Origin: Pristiophorus japonicus
Taxonomy: Eukaryota
Length of the DNA: 64,000 bases
Direction: 5' to 3'
NCBI RefSeq assembly: GCF_044704955.1
Contig: NC_091999.1
Location: 61,566,001 to 61,630,000, forward strand
Of the stretch, positions 51,590 to 62,768 are shown piece after piece; the stretch's first letter is position 1, and each line of letters begins with the position of its first letter. A program made the translations under genes and the position numbers. The notes under the pieces are model-generated. The model did not search any database. It was given only the letters and a program-made list of their open reading frames with translations, and was not told the origin of the DNA.

Positions 51590-52910
51590 GAAAAATAGAG
51601 ACAAAATTTACAGTCACTTGGACAAGTATGGATTAATTAAAGGACGCCAGTATGCAGTTGTTAAAGGTAAATTGTGTTTAAATAACTTGATTGAGTTTTT
51701 TTACGTTGGTAACAGAGAGAGTAGTTGAGGGCAATGCGGTTGATGTGGTATACATGAACTTCCAAAAAGTTGAAGTGCCAGCTAATACGTTTGCCTGCAA
51801 AGTAGAAGCCCATAGAGTAAGAGGGAAAGTTGCAGCATGGGTACCAAATTAGCTGAATGACAGGAAAGAGGGATTAGTGATGAATGGAATGTGTTTCTGA
51901 CTGATATCAGTGTTACCCAGGAGTCTTTATCAGGAACGTTGCTTTTCTTGATATATATTAATGAATTGGACTTGGGTGTACTTGTCTCAATTGCAAAATT
52001 TACAGACGACACAAAACTTAGAAGTATGGTGAACATTGACGCGGACAGTGATAGACTTCAAAAGGGCACCGCAGGCTGTTGGAATGGGCGGATCCGTGGC
52101 AGATGAAATCCAATGCAGAAAAGTGTGAAGTTTAACATTTTGGTAGGAAGAACGAGGAGAAGCAGTATAAATTAAAGGGTACAATCCTAAAGGGGGTGCA
52201 TGAACAGAGAAACCTGGGATACACGTTCACAAATCGTTGAGAGTGGCAGGTTGAGAAAGCAGTTAAAACAACAATCGCCATCCTGGGCTTCATAAATAGA
52301 GGCATAGCGTACCAAAGCATGGAAGTTAAGATAATCCTCTATAAAACACTGGTTCGTGCTCAACTGGATGTTGTATCCAATGCTGTGCATCACACTTTAG
52401 GAAGGATGTGAAGGCCTTCGAGAGAGTGCAGAAAAATTAGAACAATGGTTACAGGGATGAGGGATTAAATTTACGTGCATAGACTGGAGAAGCTGGAGTT
52501 GTTCTCTGGTGCAGTGAACCTTGAGAGGACATTTGATAGAGGTGTTCAAAATCATGAGTGTTCGGGACAGAAAAGACAGGGCGAAACTCTTCCCATTGGA
52601 GGAAGGTTCGAGAACAAGAGGACACAGATTTAAGTGGACTGGCAAAAGAATCAAAGGTGACTTGAGGAATAACTTTTTTATGCAGCGAGTGGTTATGATC
52701 TGGAAAGCACTGCCTGAAAGGATGGTGGTGGCAAGTTCAATCGTAGTTTTCAAAAGGATGTTGGATAGCTAACTAAAGGGGAAAAATGCAGGGCTATGAG
52801 GAAAAGGTGGGGAGTGGGAATAGCTGAGGTGCTCTTGCAGAGTGCGGACAGGGGCTCCACAGGCCGAAATGTGTCAATTTATGCTGTAACCCATTCTATG
52901 ATTCTATGAT
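51590..52910 (+). mobile_element. Older CR1 fragment
   Basis: AKFTDDTKL, FFMQRVV, (attctatg)n tail. Confidence 0.88.
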
Positions 52911-53135
52911 CCTGCACCAGCCACAATATAATGATATGATGGTACGATATGGGCGCTATTACAATGTCACGATCAACACCTTAAAATTTAAATTCTATTT
53001 CCCATTGCAAGCTGCTATACTCAGTAAAGTGAGCAAATGTTTGGCAGGGAGGTATAACAGAAAGTAAAGAAGCATTGCATGCAATTCTTCTCCTGGTAAA
53101 AGGCACCAAATTCTTTAATTGGGTAACAGCATTTG

Positions 53136-54610
53136 ATGGAGTGGAGGGTAGCCAATGTAACCCCACTTTTTAAAAAAGGAGGGAGAGAGAAAACAGGGAA
53201 TTATAGACCGGTCAGCCTGACATCGGTAGTGGGTAAAATGATGGAATCAATTATTAAGGATGTCATAGCAGTGCATTTGGAAAGAGGTGACATGATAGGT
53301 CCAAGTCAGCATGGATTTGTGAAAGGGAAATCATGCTTGACAAATCTTCTGGAATTTTTTGAGGATGTTTCCAGTAGAGTGGATAAGGGAGAACCAGTTG
53401 ATGTGGTATATTTGGACTTTCAGAAGGCGTTCGACAAGGTCCCACACAAGAGATTGATGTGCAAAGTTAGAGCACATGGGATTGGGGGTAGTGTACTGAC
53501 ATGGATTGAGAACTGGTTGTCAGACAGGAAGCAAAGAGTAGGAGTAAATGGGTACTTTTCAGAATGGCAGGCAGTGACTAGTGGGGTACCGCAAGGTTCT
53601 GTGCTGGGGCCCCAGCTGTTTACACTGTACATTAATGATTTAGATGAGGGGATTAAATGTAGTATCTCCAAATTTGCGGATGACACTAAGTTGGGTGGCA
53701 GTGTGAGCTGCGAGGAGGATGCTGTGAGGCTGCAGAGCGACTTGGATAGGTTAGGTGAGTGGGCAAATGCATGGCAGATGAAGTATATTGTGGATAAATG
53801 TGAGGTTATCCACTTTGGTGGTAAAAACAGAGAGACAGACTATTATCTGAATGGTGACAGATTAGGAAAAGGGGAGGTGCAAAGAGACCTGGGTGTCATG
53901 GTACATCAGTCATTGAAGGTTGGCATGCAGGTGCAGCAGGCGGTTAAGAAAGCAAATGGCACGTTGGCCTTCATAGCAAGGGGATTTGAGTACAGTGGCA
54001 GGGAGGTGTTGCTACAGTTGTACAGGGCATTGGTGAGGCCACACCTGGAGTATTGTGTACAGTTTTGGTCACCTAACCTGAGGAAAGACATTCTTGCTAT
54101 TGAGGGAGTGCAGCGAAGGTTCACCAGACTGATTCCCGGGATGGCGGGACTGACCTATCAAGAAAGACTGGATCAACTGGGCTTTTAATCACTGGAGTTC
54201 AGAAGAATGAGAGGGGACCTCATAGAAACATATAAAATTCTGACGGGGTTAGACAGGTTAGATGCAAGAAGAATGTTCCCAATGTTGGGGAAGTCCAGAA
54301 CCAGGGGTCACAGTCTAAGGATAAGGGGTAAGCCATTTAGGACCGAGATGCGGAGGAACTTCTTCACCCAGAGAGTGGTGAACCTGTGGAATTCTCTACC
54401 ACAGAAAGTTGTTGAGGCCAATTCACTAAATATATTCAAAAAGGAGTTAGATGAGGTCCTTACTGCTAGGGGGATCAAGGGGTATGGCGAGAAAGCAGGA
54501 ATGGGGTACTGAAGTTGAATGTTCAGCCATGAACTCATTGAATGGCGGTGCAGGCTAGAAGGGCCGAATGGCCTACTCCTGCACCTATTTTCTATGTTTC
54601 TATGTTTCTA
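53136..54610 (+). mobile_element. Young 5'-truncated CR1 with a 351-aa open RT segment
   Basis: ORF 53133-54188 with NYRPVSLT, GVPQGSVLGP and FADDTKL; one stop before the C-terminus; (ttctatgt)n tail. Confidence 0.97.
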
Positions 54611-54834
54611 ATGTCCTTCTTAATTAGCACAATTTAAACCAGCACAGGGAACACTTACCACAACCTACCTGCGATCGAGATTATTCTGGTGAAATACATC
54701 GGCTATTATGAAGGTAATATATTTTGCCAGAGACGTTTCTCTGCAGATCTCTAAATTGTGACTAAGTTTACCGGTTTAACCATCTCTGGGCTGCAGATGA
54801 CTGGACCTGCAGTTTATTAACGTGCCCTGGCACT
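54611..54834 (+). pseudogene. T-cell receptor Valpha/Vdelta-like V-segment remnant
   Basis: From 54671: AIEIILVKYIGYYEGNIFCQRRFSADL*IVTKFTGLTISGLQMTGPAVY*RALA, matching the shark TCR alpha/delta FR3 pattern RFSAELQ..KFTSLTISGLQLTDSAVYYCAL; directly followed by an RSS. Confidence 0.8.
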
Positions 54835-54873
54835 CACAGTGATGGAACTCAGTTCAACCCTCATACAGAACCT
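54835..54873 (+). promoter_or_regulatory. 23-bp-spacer recombination signal sequence
   Basis: CACAGTG (54835-54841), 23-nt spacer, ACAGAACCT (54865-54873; 6/9 to ACAAAAACC). Confidence 0.82.
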
Positions 54874-55549
54874 CCCGCCACTTTGTAGATCTTGGCTCCG
54901 ACTGCTGAAGTCGTATATAACGGCGGGCAGATCCTGCCACATTGGTTCCTGTGAGCCGACACACACTGAGATGGACCCAAAGGACAGTATCCTGTATGAA
55001 GGGCTCACAATAAACTGATTTCTTGATACTCGTGGCAATGTCCTGCAGAGCCAATCAATTGGGCAGGTTGAGTATCTTAGCGACATGCACGAAGCAGAAG
55101 CCAACTGGTTGCAGCTAAAGTTAATTGTGAGAACAGAATGACAACATTCGCTGGCATCGCCTCGAATCTAGAATCAGAATATTAAGCCTGTGCTGGCACT
55201 TTGAAAGAGCTATCGTATTAGTCCCACTCTTTTCCTAAAGCCCTGCAATTTTCTCCTTTTAGATATTTAACTAATTCCCTTTTTAAAGTTAATATTAATT
55301 CTTTTCCCCACTCTTTCACGTAGTATATTCCTGATCAAACCTGCATCAATAAATTCGGCCCTTTTCACCTCAGGCTCCTTTTCCAATTTGCTTAAATCAG
55401 AAATCAAACATCAGGAAATATGTTTGTCCCTGGTACTAACTTCAACTGAGTTGCGTACCTGGATTCCGTGGATGACGCCATAATCCCTCGCATACATCAT
55501 AGCACAGTGATTGGCTGTTTCTTCGAAGGTGACTGCCGTATCCGTAGGA

Positions 55550-55745
55550 GTTGTTCACTGATTTCACGTTGATAGTATCAGAAGGAATGGCGCAGAGCAG
55601 GAAGACAGAATCCTCAGGGTGATGTTCAGTGAGTTCAGGGAGATGGTATCAGAAGGAATGGAGCAGAGCAGTGAGAACAAATCTGTGGATGATGTTCAGT
55701 GAGTTAAGCGAGATGGTATCAGAGGGAATAGTGCAGAGCAGACAG
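55550..55745 (+). repeat. Short tandem repeat, about 3 units of ~68 bp
   Basis: gatgttcagtgagtt...gatggtatcagaaggaatgg...cagagcag repeated. Confidence 0.75.
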
Positions 55746-55784
55746 AAAGGCAGTCCAGGGAAGAGGTGACAGCGGGTCGTGTTT

Positions 55785-56590
55785 AACGTGAGATCATGCA
55801 CTTTGGCAGAAAAAAATCAAAGAGACCGTTATTATTTAAATGGAAAAAGATTGCAAAGTGCCGCAGTTCAGCGGCACCTGAGGGTACTTGTGCATGAAGC
55901 ACAAAAGGATGATATGCAGGTACAGCGAATGATCAGGAAGGCCATTGGCATCTTGGCCATTATTGTGAAGAGAATGGAGTATAAAAGCAGGGAAGTCTTG
56001 CTAAAGTTATACAGGATATTGGGGAGGCCACACCTGGAACTGTGTGCGGTTTTGGTTTACATATTTATGAAAGGATATACTTGCTTTGGAGGCAGTTCAG
56101 AGAAGGTTCACTCGGATGATTCCGGAGATGAGGGGGTTGACTTATGAGGAAAGGTTGAGTAGTTTGGGCCTCGACTCATTGGAATTCAGAAGAATGAGAA
56201 GTGATCTTATCGAAATGTATCAGATTATGAGGGGGCTTGACAAGGTGGATCCAGAGAGGATGTTTGCACTGATGGGGGAGATTAGAACTGGAGGGCATGA
56301 TCTTAAAATATGGGGCCGCCCAATTAAAACAGAGATGAGGAGAAATTTCCTCTCTAAGAACGTTGTAAATGTCTGGACTTCGCTGCCTCAGAGAGCCGTG
56401 GAAGCTGGGACATTGAATAACCTTAAGATAGAAATAGACAGTGTTTTAAACGATAAGGGGCTATGGGGAGCAGGCAGGAAAGTGGAGCTCAGTCCATTAT
56501 CATAACCGCCATGAATGGCAGAGCAGGCTCGAGGTGCAGTATGGCCTACTCCTGTTCCAATTTCTTATATTCTTATGTTTTTATGTATGT
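55785..56590 (+). mobile_element. CR1 3' fragment
   Basis: RT C-terminal ORFs 55779-56505; ttcttatg tail. Confidence 0.9.
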
Positions 56591-57017
56591 TCCTCATAAT
56601 GGAGAACGGTTGGCAGTGATAACCCTACGCATTTCTGTCCGTATGGACCATATGCATTCAGGTGACCTTTAAAGAGTTGAATCGTAAACGAAACTTACAT
56701 TCTACGAATGCCCTCCCAGAGAGGAGGATGTCAATCATATATTTGGGTAGAACAAAACGACAATGATTTTACATCAGAAATTGATATTGCCCGTGCATCA
56801 CACATTTTGTATGTAGGTGCCCAACGGGCACAAAGCTCCAAATGTACCTGCAGATGCCGCGTGAACTCTCATCTCCTCTCTGTCAAAGAAAATCTCTCCA
56901 CCTGTCGTCACTTTCTTGGCTTTCTATATGTGTATAACAGAAACATTGGAGCGCGTGTCTGTGTGTCAGTTAGGCCCCAGTTTTTGGGAATCATTCCAAG
57001 AGTTTGTGCTCTCTAGT

Positions 57018-57328
57018 GTGTCTGGAAGTGTTTGATGGGACAGTATAGAGTGAGCTTTAATCTGTATTTAACCAGTGCTGCTCCTGACCTGGGTGTGTTT
57101 GATGGGACGGTGTAGAGGGAGATTTATTCTATATTTAACCAGTGCTGTACCTGCCCTGGGAGGGTGTGGTGTGCAAGTGTAGATGGAGCTGTTCTCTGTA
57201 TCTAACCCGTTCTGCACCTGCCCTGGGAGTTTTTGATGGGACAGTGCAGAGGGAGCTTTACTCTTTATCTAACCTGTGTTGTACCTGCCCTGAGAGTGTT
57301 TGTTAGGACAGTGTAGAGGGAGATTTGC
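57018..57328 (+). repeat. ~65-bp minisatellite
   Basis: About 5 units of gggagtgtttgatgggacagtgtagagggagctttactctgtatctaacccgtgctgtacctgccct. Confidence 0.9.
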
Positions 57329-57686
57329 TCTGACACATACTATACTGTATCGGACTATGGTGCATCAGAGGCCTGCTCTTTAATATAACCTGGCACGTGA
57401 AAGGCCATAATATTAGAGGAGACCGCCTGGTCACTGTGCAGTCATTCCGCCTCTGGTGCATGATGTCACAAGGCAGGGGAAAATGTGCCGTCACTCTGAT
57501 GGGACACTAGGTGGCGCAGTGGCTCCTTAACCGAAGGGACTTGGATTCAAAAACATCAGGATAGGACGCGGGAAGAATAAATTTCATGGAAATAAAACAA
57601 CGTGTGATAGGGAAATAGAACAGTGTGAAGGAGCCTTGGAGTAAAGAGTTCAGCAAAGTCCAAATTATTCCATTTGCCATTGCAGT

Positions 57687-57692
57687 TTTATT
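57687..57692 (-). terminator. Candidate poly(A) signal of the membrane IgM form
   Basis: AATAAA about 410 nt downstream of the TM2 stop. Confidence 0.5.
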
Positions 57693-58104
57693 AACAATTT
57701 CACAGAGAACAATTTACAGAGAAGGTTTTCAAATGTTCACACAAATTGAATATAACAAATGAGCGTCACATTAATACCAGAACACAGTCGGTCTGAGCTG
57801 CCAGCTATTTGTACAACTCTAACAGACATCAGGGAGAGAGGAACAGATGTTCAACACCAAGGGAAGTGAATAATTGTGAATCATGAATGATAAAAGTGAC
57901 TTATGTACACATGAGATATTCAAACAATTGTTTGACTCCGAGATACATTTACATTATAGCCACGGTTATCTCACACATTTCAAACAGAGAAATGAAAAAA
58001 TTGAAGGCAATTTACTCCGGGAATCACCAAGAGGACATAATTTATTTTCAAGACACAGTTAACAACCAGAGGAGAAAAATCCACGGCGGCCGAAATTCAG
58101 TCAA

Positions 58105-58113
58105 TCACTTGAC
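58105..58113 (-). pseudogene. IGHM: IgM TM2 exon (VK*), cluster 2
   Basis: tttacag|GTC AAG TGA. Confidence 0.9.
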
Positions 58114-58251
58114 CTGTAAAAGAGGGATAAAAGTTTGAAGCAGCGTTTTAGTGGTTTGGGGCATTAATTTCAGGGTTGTTATCAATGAAACATTTAGAGA
58201 TTTGTCAAACCTCTTCAATCAACTCGAACTGAGTGCATTGAATCTTCTCAC

Positions 58252-58379
58252 CTTCACCGGAGTGATGGCAGCGTTGTAGGAAATGTTCAGGAAGATCAAG
58301 ATGATGAATGTGGAAGCGGTTGTCCAGATGTTGCTGCTCTCGTCCTCATACTCTTCACTCCAGATGTGGTCTGAGGAAT
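58252..58379 (-). pseudogene. IGHM: IgM TM1 exon, cluster 2
   Basis: cgtag|at...(D)SSDHIWSEEYEDESSNIWTTASTFIILIFLNISYNAAITPVK|gtgag; open frame, canonical splice sites. Confidence 0.93.
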
Positions 58380-59019
58380 CTACGGGATGTAGGGGAGGAA
58401 ATATATTCAGATCGTTTGTTAACCCAAGATCTCATCTTATTATTACGTATTCTATTTTCTTTTTTTAAGGTGTTAGATTATTCTCTATTTTAATGTTCAA
58501 TGTATGTCCTGTGTTAAGTTAATCACGCTCAGTAATCTATCTGTGTTTCTAATTCCACAGTCGTTCTTTCTTTATGATTCTTCTGTAGTCGGTTTTGGAA
58601 AATATGACAGTTTTCCTTCAATGTCACAGGCTAATTGATTTTGCATCAATTTCATAGGATTTACCATTCGGGAATAGTATGATGTAATATCGGGGGAACT
58701 ATACTGAATGATATCGATTAATTTAACAATAGCTTCAGATAGCTAATTATTCGGAGACTGTCAAAGGGACAGGGTAAGACATCAGATGTGAGTTATAATC
58801 TGGATTAATTTGTGGTAGTCAAGGTTCTGAACATAATTAATTTGCATGAGTTTCCAACTAAGAACTTTGATTCAGTTTGCGTTCAGGACCAGAATATAGG
58901 AATGTTAGATATTATGGTATCAGAAATGATTTATTTAATACAATCGTTGCAGACTGTCTGTTCAAATAATTTATTTTAATTCTATATTCGTCTGTTACCT
59001 GACGTATTTTTTGCACTTT

Positions 59020-59645
59020 AGTGTTTGTGTTTGTGTGTATGACGATCTCTTCTTTTGGTGTTGTCTGTGTTTGTGTGTTGATGTATGTTGATATGTAAGT
59101 TTGAATGTTTTAATGTGTCATTCCATATATTTGTATTTATGTGTAAGTGTTTGTGTATTTTTGTAAGATTGTGTATGTTTACATGTAAGCCTTTACGTGT
59201 ATATATGCAATTGTTTGTGGTTATGTTTAAATATGTCTATTCTTTGTAAGTACGTTCATGTGCGTGTTTTAATGTGTTTGTGTATGGTTATGTGTACGTG
59301 TTGTGTATGTTTATGGGTAACAATATGTGCAGTTATGTGTAACTGTGTGTGTTCGCATGTAAATGTGTGTGTGTGCTATGCGTTAGTTAATTTGTGTTGA
59401 ATATGTGTTTATGCAAGTGAAAGTGTGTGTGTTTGTGTGTGTGTGTGTGTGTGTCAGTGCTTCTGTTTTATTTAAGGGTGTGTTTATTTTTGCTGTCATA
59501 TTAATGGTGCTGTGGTTCTGACAATGACGGTGTGTATTATATTCTGGGTATGCGTAATATCTTGTGTCAGTGTGTCAATGTGTGTGTTTATGTGTAAGTC
59601 GCTGTGCGTTTATGTGTAAATCCGTGTTGTGTTTATGTGTAAGTG
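59020..59645. repeat. TG-rich simple repeat
   Basis: Seen directly in sequence. Confidence 0.85.
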
Positions 59646-59959
59646 TGAACTTCCACAAAAACATACACTACTAACGTTTCCACGCATTCTTCCTCGCTCT
59701 GTGTAAATGTGTTCATTGTGAGACACAATGTGACATCAGCTGACGGAATGCAACAAATGAATCGATGGGCATCTCTCTCTGGTGACATTGAGGGGTACAA
59801 TGATTTAACAATTGCCCTTTGCCCTCTCGCTTGTGCGGAAGTCGGATACATTGGGTTAACAATTGCAGATTCCCCTCACTATGCTGGGGTAGTGGGCGGG
59901 ACAGTTAGTTAACAATTGCCCTTTCCCCTCTCTCTGGTGGGGGAGAGGGTTTACATCAT

Positions 59960-60510
59960 CAAAGGCAGTCCCTCGCAATCAAGGAAGAATTGCTTCCACT
60001 CTTAGCCTGATTTCTTACGTGGCTGTACAGTCCAATAGGGAACCACAGTCTCTGTCACAGGTGGGAAAGACCGTGGTTGCGGGAAGGGGAAGATTTTACA
60101 CGTTTGCCGCACGTTCCTTCCACTGCCTGCGCTTGATGTCTGAATGCTCTCGGCGACGAGACACGAGGGGCTCAGCGCCCTCCCGGATGTACTTCCTCCC
60201 TTCCTCCATTTAGGACGGTCTTTGGCCAGGGACTCTCAAGTGTCAGTGGGGATGTCGCACTTTATCAGGGAGGCTTTGTGGTCCCTTATAACGTTTCCCC
60301 TGCCCACCTTTGGCTCATTTGCCATGGGCGAGTTCCGAGTCGAGCGCTTGCTTTGGGAGTCTCGTGTCTGGCATGCAGACAATGTGGCCTGCCCAGAGCA
60401 GCTGATCAAGTGTGGTCAGTGCTTCGATGCTGGGATGTTGGCCTGCACGAGGACGCTAATTTTGGCGCGTCTGTCCTGCCAGGGAACTTGTAGAATCTTG
60501 CAGAGACGGA
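59960..60510 (-). mobile_element. RTE LINE 3' fragment inside a ~48-bp minisatellite (59800-59950 and 60515-60720)
   Basis: tggaagcaattcttcctt 3' end like that at 29337; flanking acaattgccctttcccctctctctggtgggg units. Confidence 0.78.
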
Positions 60511-61122
60511 GTGAAGTTACAGTGCATTAACAATTGCCGTTTCCCCTCACTCTGGTGGGGCAGTGGGAAGCACAGTGGGTTCAGAATTGCCATTTCACCA
60601 CTCTTTTGTATGGCAATGGTCTTACAGTGGATGAATAATTGCCCTTTCATCTCTCTCTGGTGGTGTAGTGGAAGGTACAGGGGGATAACAATTTCCATTT
60701 CACCTCTCTCTGGTGGGGCGATGGGAGATTCAGTTCGTGTTCGTGTGTGGACCTCATTTCAGATCCCAGAGTGTGCGATGCTGCCAAAAAAAATTGTCCC
60801 CAAATCTGAAGGGATGGACAACACGAGAAACAAGGGCACCGAAATATAAATGTACAGCATTTGTTTATCGGGAAATAGAACTATGCAGATTCTCTCAGTG
60901 GGACGAAAGTTGCTGAAATGACTTTGAGGTATCCTGTCATTAAAGAGCTTCTCTTTCTCTCCAACCTGTGGTGTATATGAGCTGAGAGCGCTGAATGTAC
61001 CAGCTTTGGCCACAAGTCCGACAAATATTCTGCTTCAGATTAACAGCCCGCCCCTTGGCTAAAATAGGAAACAAAATTAATTGAGCGGCTGTGTGTGTAA
61101 CTCACGATTGGAAGAAAAGGCC

Positions 61123-61128
61123 TTTATT
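61123..61128 (-). terminator. Poly(A) signal of the secretory IgM form
   Basis: AATAAA about 40 nt after the tailpiece stop. Confidence 0.75.
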
Positions 61129-61166
61129 GTTTTTTACTTAAGAACTGAAAGGCAATCGAGAGATTC

Positions 61167-61557
61167 TCATTGATAAGAATTGATGTTGTCCATCAGAGCA
61201 AGGGAAATGTTCACAAAACAGGGTTTACCTCTGAATTTATTGATGGTTCTGTTGGTGATTTTCAAGGAAATCGCTTCATGTCCCACCACACAGGAGTAAG
61301 AGGCGCCGCGGGCCCACTCCTCGGCTGCAATGGATAGCAGGCTGTACATGAAGAAGGAGCTGCTGCCATTCTCCGCCATCACCTCGGTGTTCTGGTAGTT
61401 GTCGGAACCACCGGCTTGTCCTTGACGGTCCATTTGACGAAGATCTCTCGGGTGGAGAATCCTCTCACTAAGCAGGTGAGGCTGACCAACCTCTGAGTAG
61501 AGACTTCTTCTGCCGAGGGCAGGAGGACAGACACGGCTGGTTCCCGTGGATCTTTCG
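61167..61557 (-). pseudogene. IGHM: IgM Cmu4 plus secretory tailpiece, cluster 2
   Basis: ctacag|cg [49 protein letters not shown], then a 1-nt deletion near 61408, then SDNYQNTEV...[24 protein letters not shown] g|gtaaa (internal donor at 61229/61228) [20 protein letters not shown]. Confidence 0.95.
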
Positions 61558-62461
61558 CTGTAGAACAGTTACAATAAAGGCAAATGAACTGGACAGTTCC
61601 AGATACAATGGTGGGAGTTTTAATCTAATAAAGCAGGCGTATTGAGGGTGTGGGGGTGATTAAATTGGTAAAAATCGGCATCCCGACATCAACCCGACCA
61701 CTCCTGGTTGTAATATTGTATTTGAATAATATATTTATAGGAGGCTGGAATCCTCTATTTTAACCTCCATTCGGTTTTTAACTGTAGCTGGTCCGGCTTG
61801 ACACACTGTGTAAATCGCAACAGTTACAGCGATGCGGGGACGGCTGCACCCAGGTGGTTATTGCCCTTACACCTCCCTCCTGGATCCAGGTTCCCTGCCT
61901 AACCCACCCCCCGCGATCCGAGAGCTCCTCACTCGGATTCCAATCCTCCTCTGCTCCCGGCTGGCCTTTGAGACCACCACCAACTCGCTTTCTCTGTTTA
62001 CATTCGCCAATGTCCCGTGGTTGTACGTCAGAGAAATATGCTCTTCGTTGACATTTAACGCTTTATTATTTCCCCTCTGGGGCCTCTCTGGTTTACCATC
62101 CCGCAGCAGAGTGAACATAATCTTTCTCTCTGAAATCTTGAAGGGTTGGAGTTGAATTTACTGCACAGATCAAGGAGATTTGGCCAACTGGTCTATGCTG
62201 GTGTGTATGTTCCACACATGCCTCTTCCTAGCTCACTTAATCTCATCCTAATAACATACCCTTCTATTCCTTTCTCGCTCATGGACTTATCCAGTTTCCC
62301 CTAAAATACATAACATCAGGTCCCAGAGTGCTGAGTTCGTGGAATTACCAAACTGAATGATCAGAGTAGCCCATTAAACACTTTAAATAATGAATTGGCC
62401 CTTGCACATGCAGCAGAAATAGTCACAGTATCTGACTTATTGCAACAATCTCCGCGCTATC

Positions 62462-62768
62462 CCTTTTCCTTGTGGATGGAATCTCTGATAGGAGTGGTAT
62501 ATCCTGATGGCTCACCATCCAGTAGAACTTATCCCCACTCAGCCAGTCTTGTGTCGAGATGTTTAAGTTGCTGATTACGCTGCTGGGATCCTCTCCGTGT
62601 TAGACGGCAATCTCTGATTTCAAAGCCTCCTTTTCTCAGGTCCAGGACACGGTGAGCACAGAAGGAGCATCAGACACGACGCAGTTTAAGGTCACCGTCG
62701 CTCCAGTAAGTCCTGTGCCAGTAACTGTGGGCGAAGAGTGATTTTTGAATCGCTGCATGGGACATCCA
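62462..62768 (-). pseudogene. IGHM: IgM Cmu3 pseudo-exon, cluster 2
   Basis: ttgcag|tg DVPCSDSKITLRP...[78 protein letters not shown]; two stops, frameshifts, second Cys changed to Trp, donor lacks GT. Confidence 0.93.

Noticed and set aside
54817-55104. Minus-strand ORFs overlapping the V/RSS
   Set aside because: No family motifs; the plus-strand V plus RSS explains the overlap better.
55503-55545. CACAGTG heptamer (also at about 37419, 40724 and 60571)
   Set aside because: No nonamer at 12- or 22/23-nt spacing and no adjacent V, D or J sequence.
20230-57328. Regularly spaced repeats considered as a CRISPR array or Ig switch region
   Set aside because: Vertebrate DNA, no unique spacers, degenerate minisatellite units, and not positioned 5' of Cmu1.
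57510-57555. tRNA-like A/B boxes
   Set aside because: No cloverleaf; at most a SINE head remnant.
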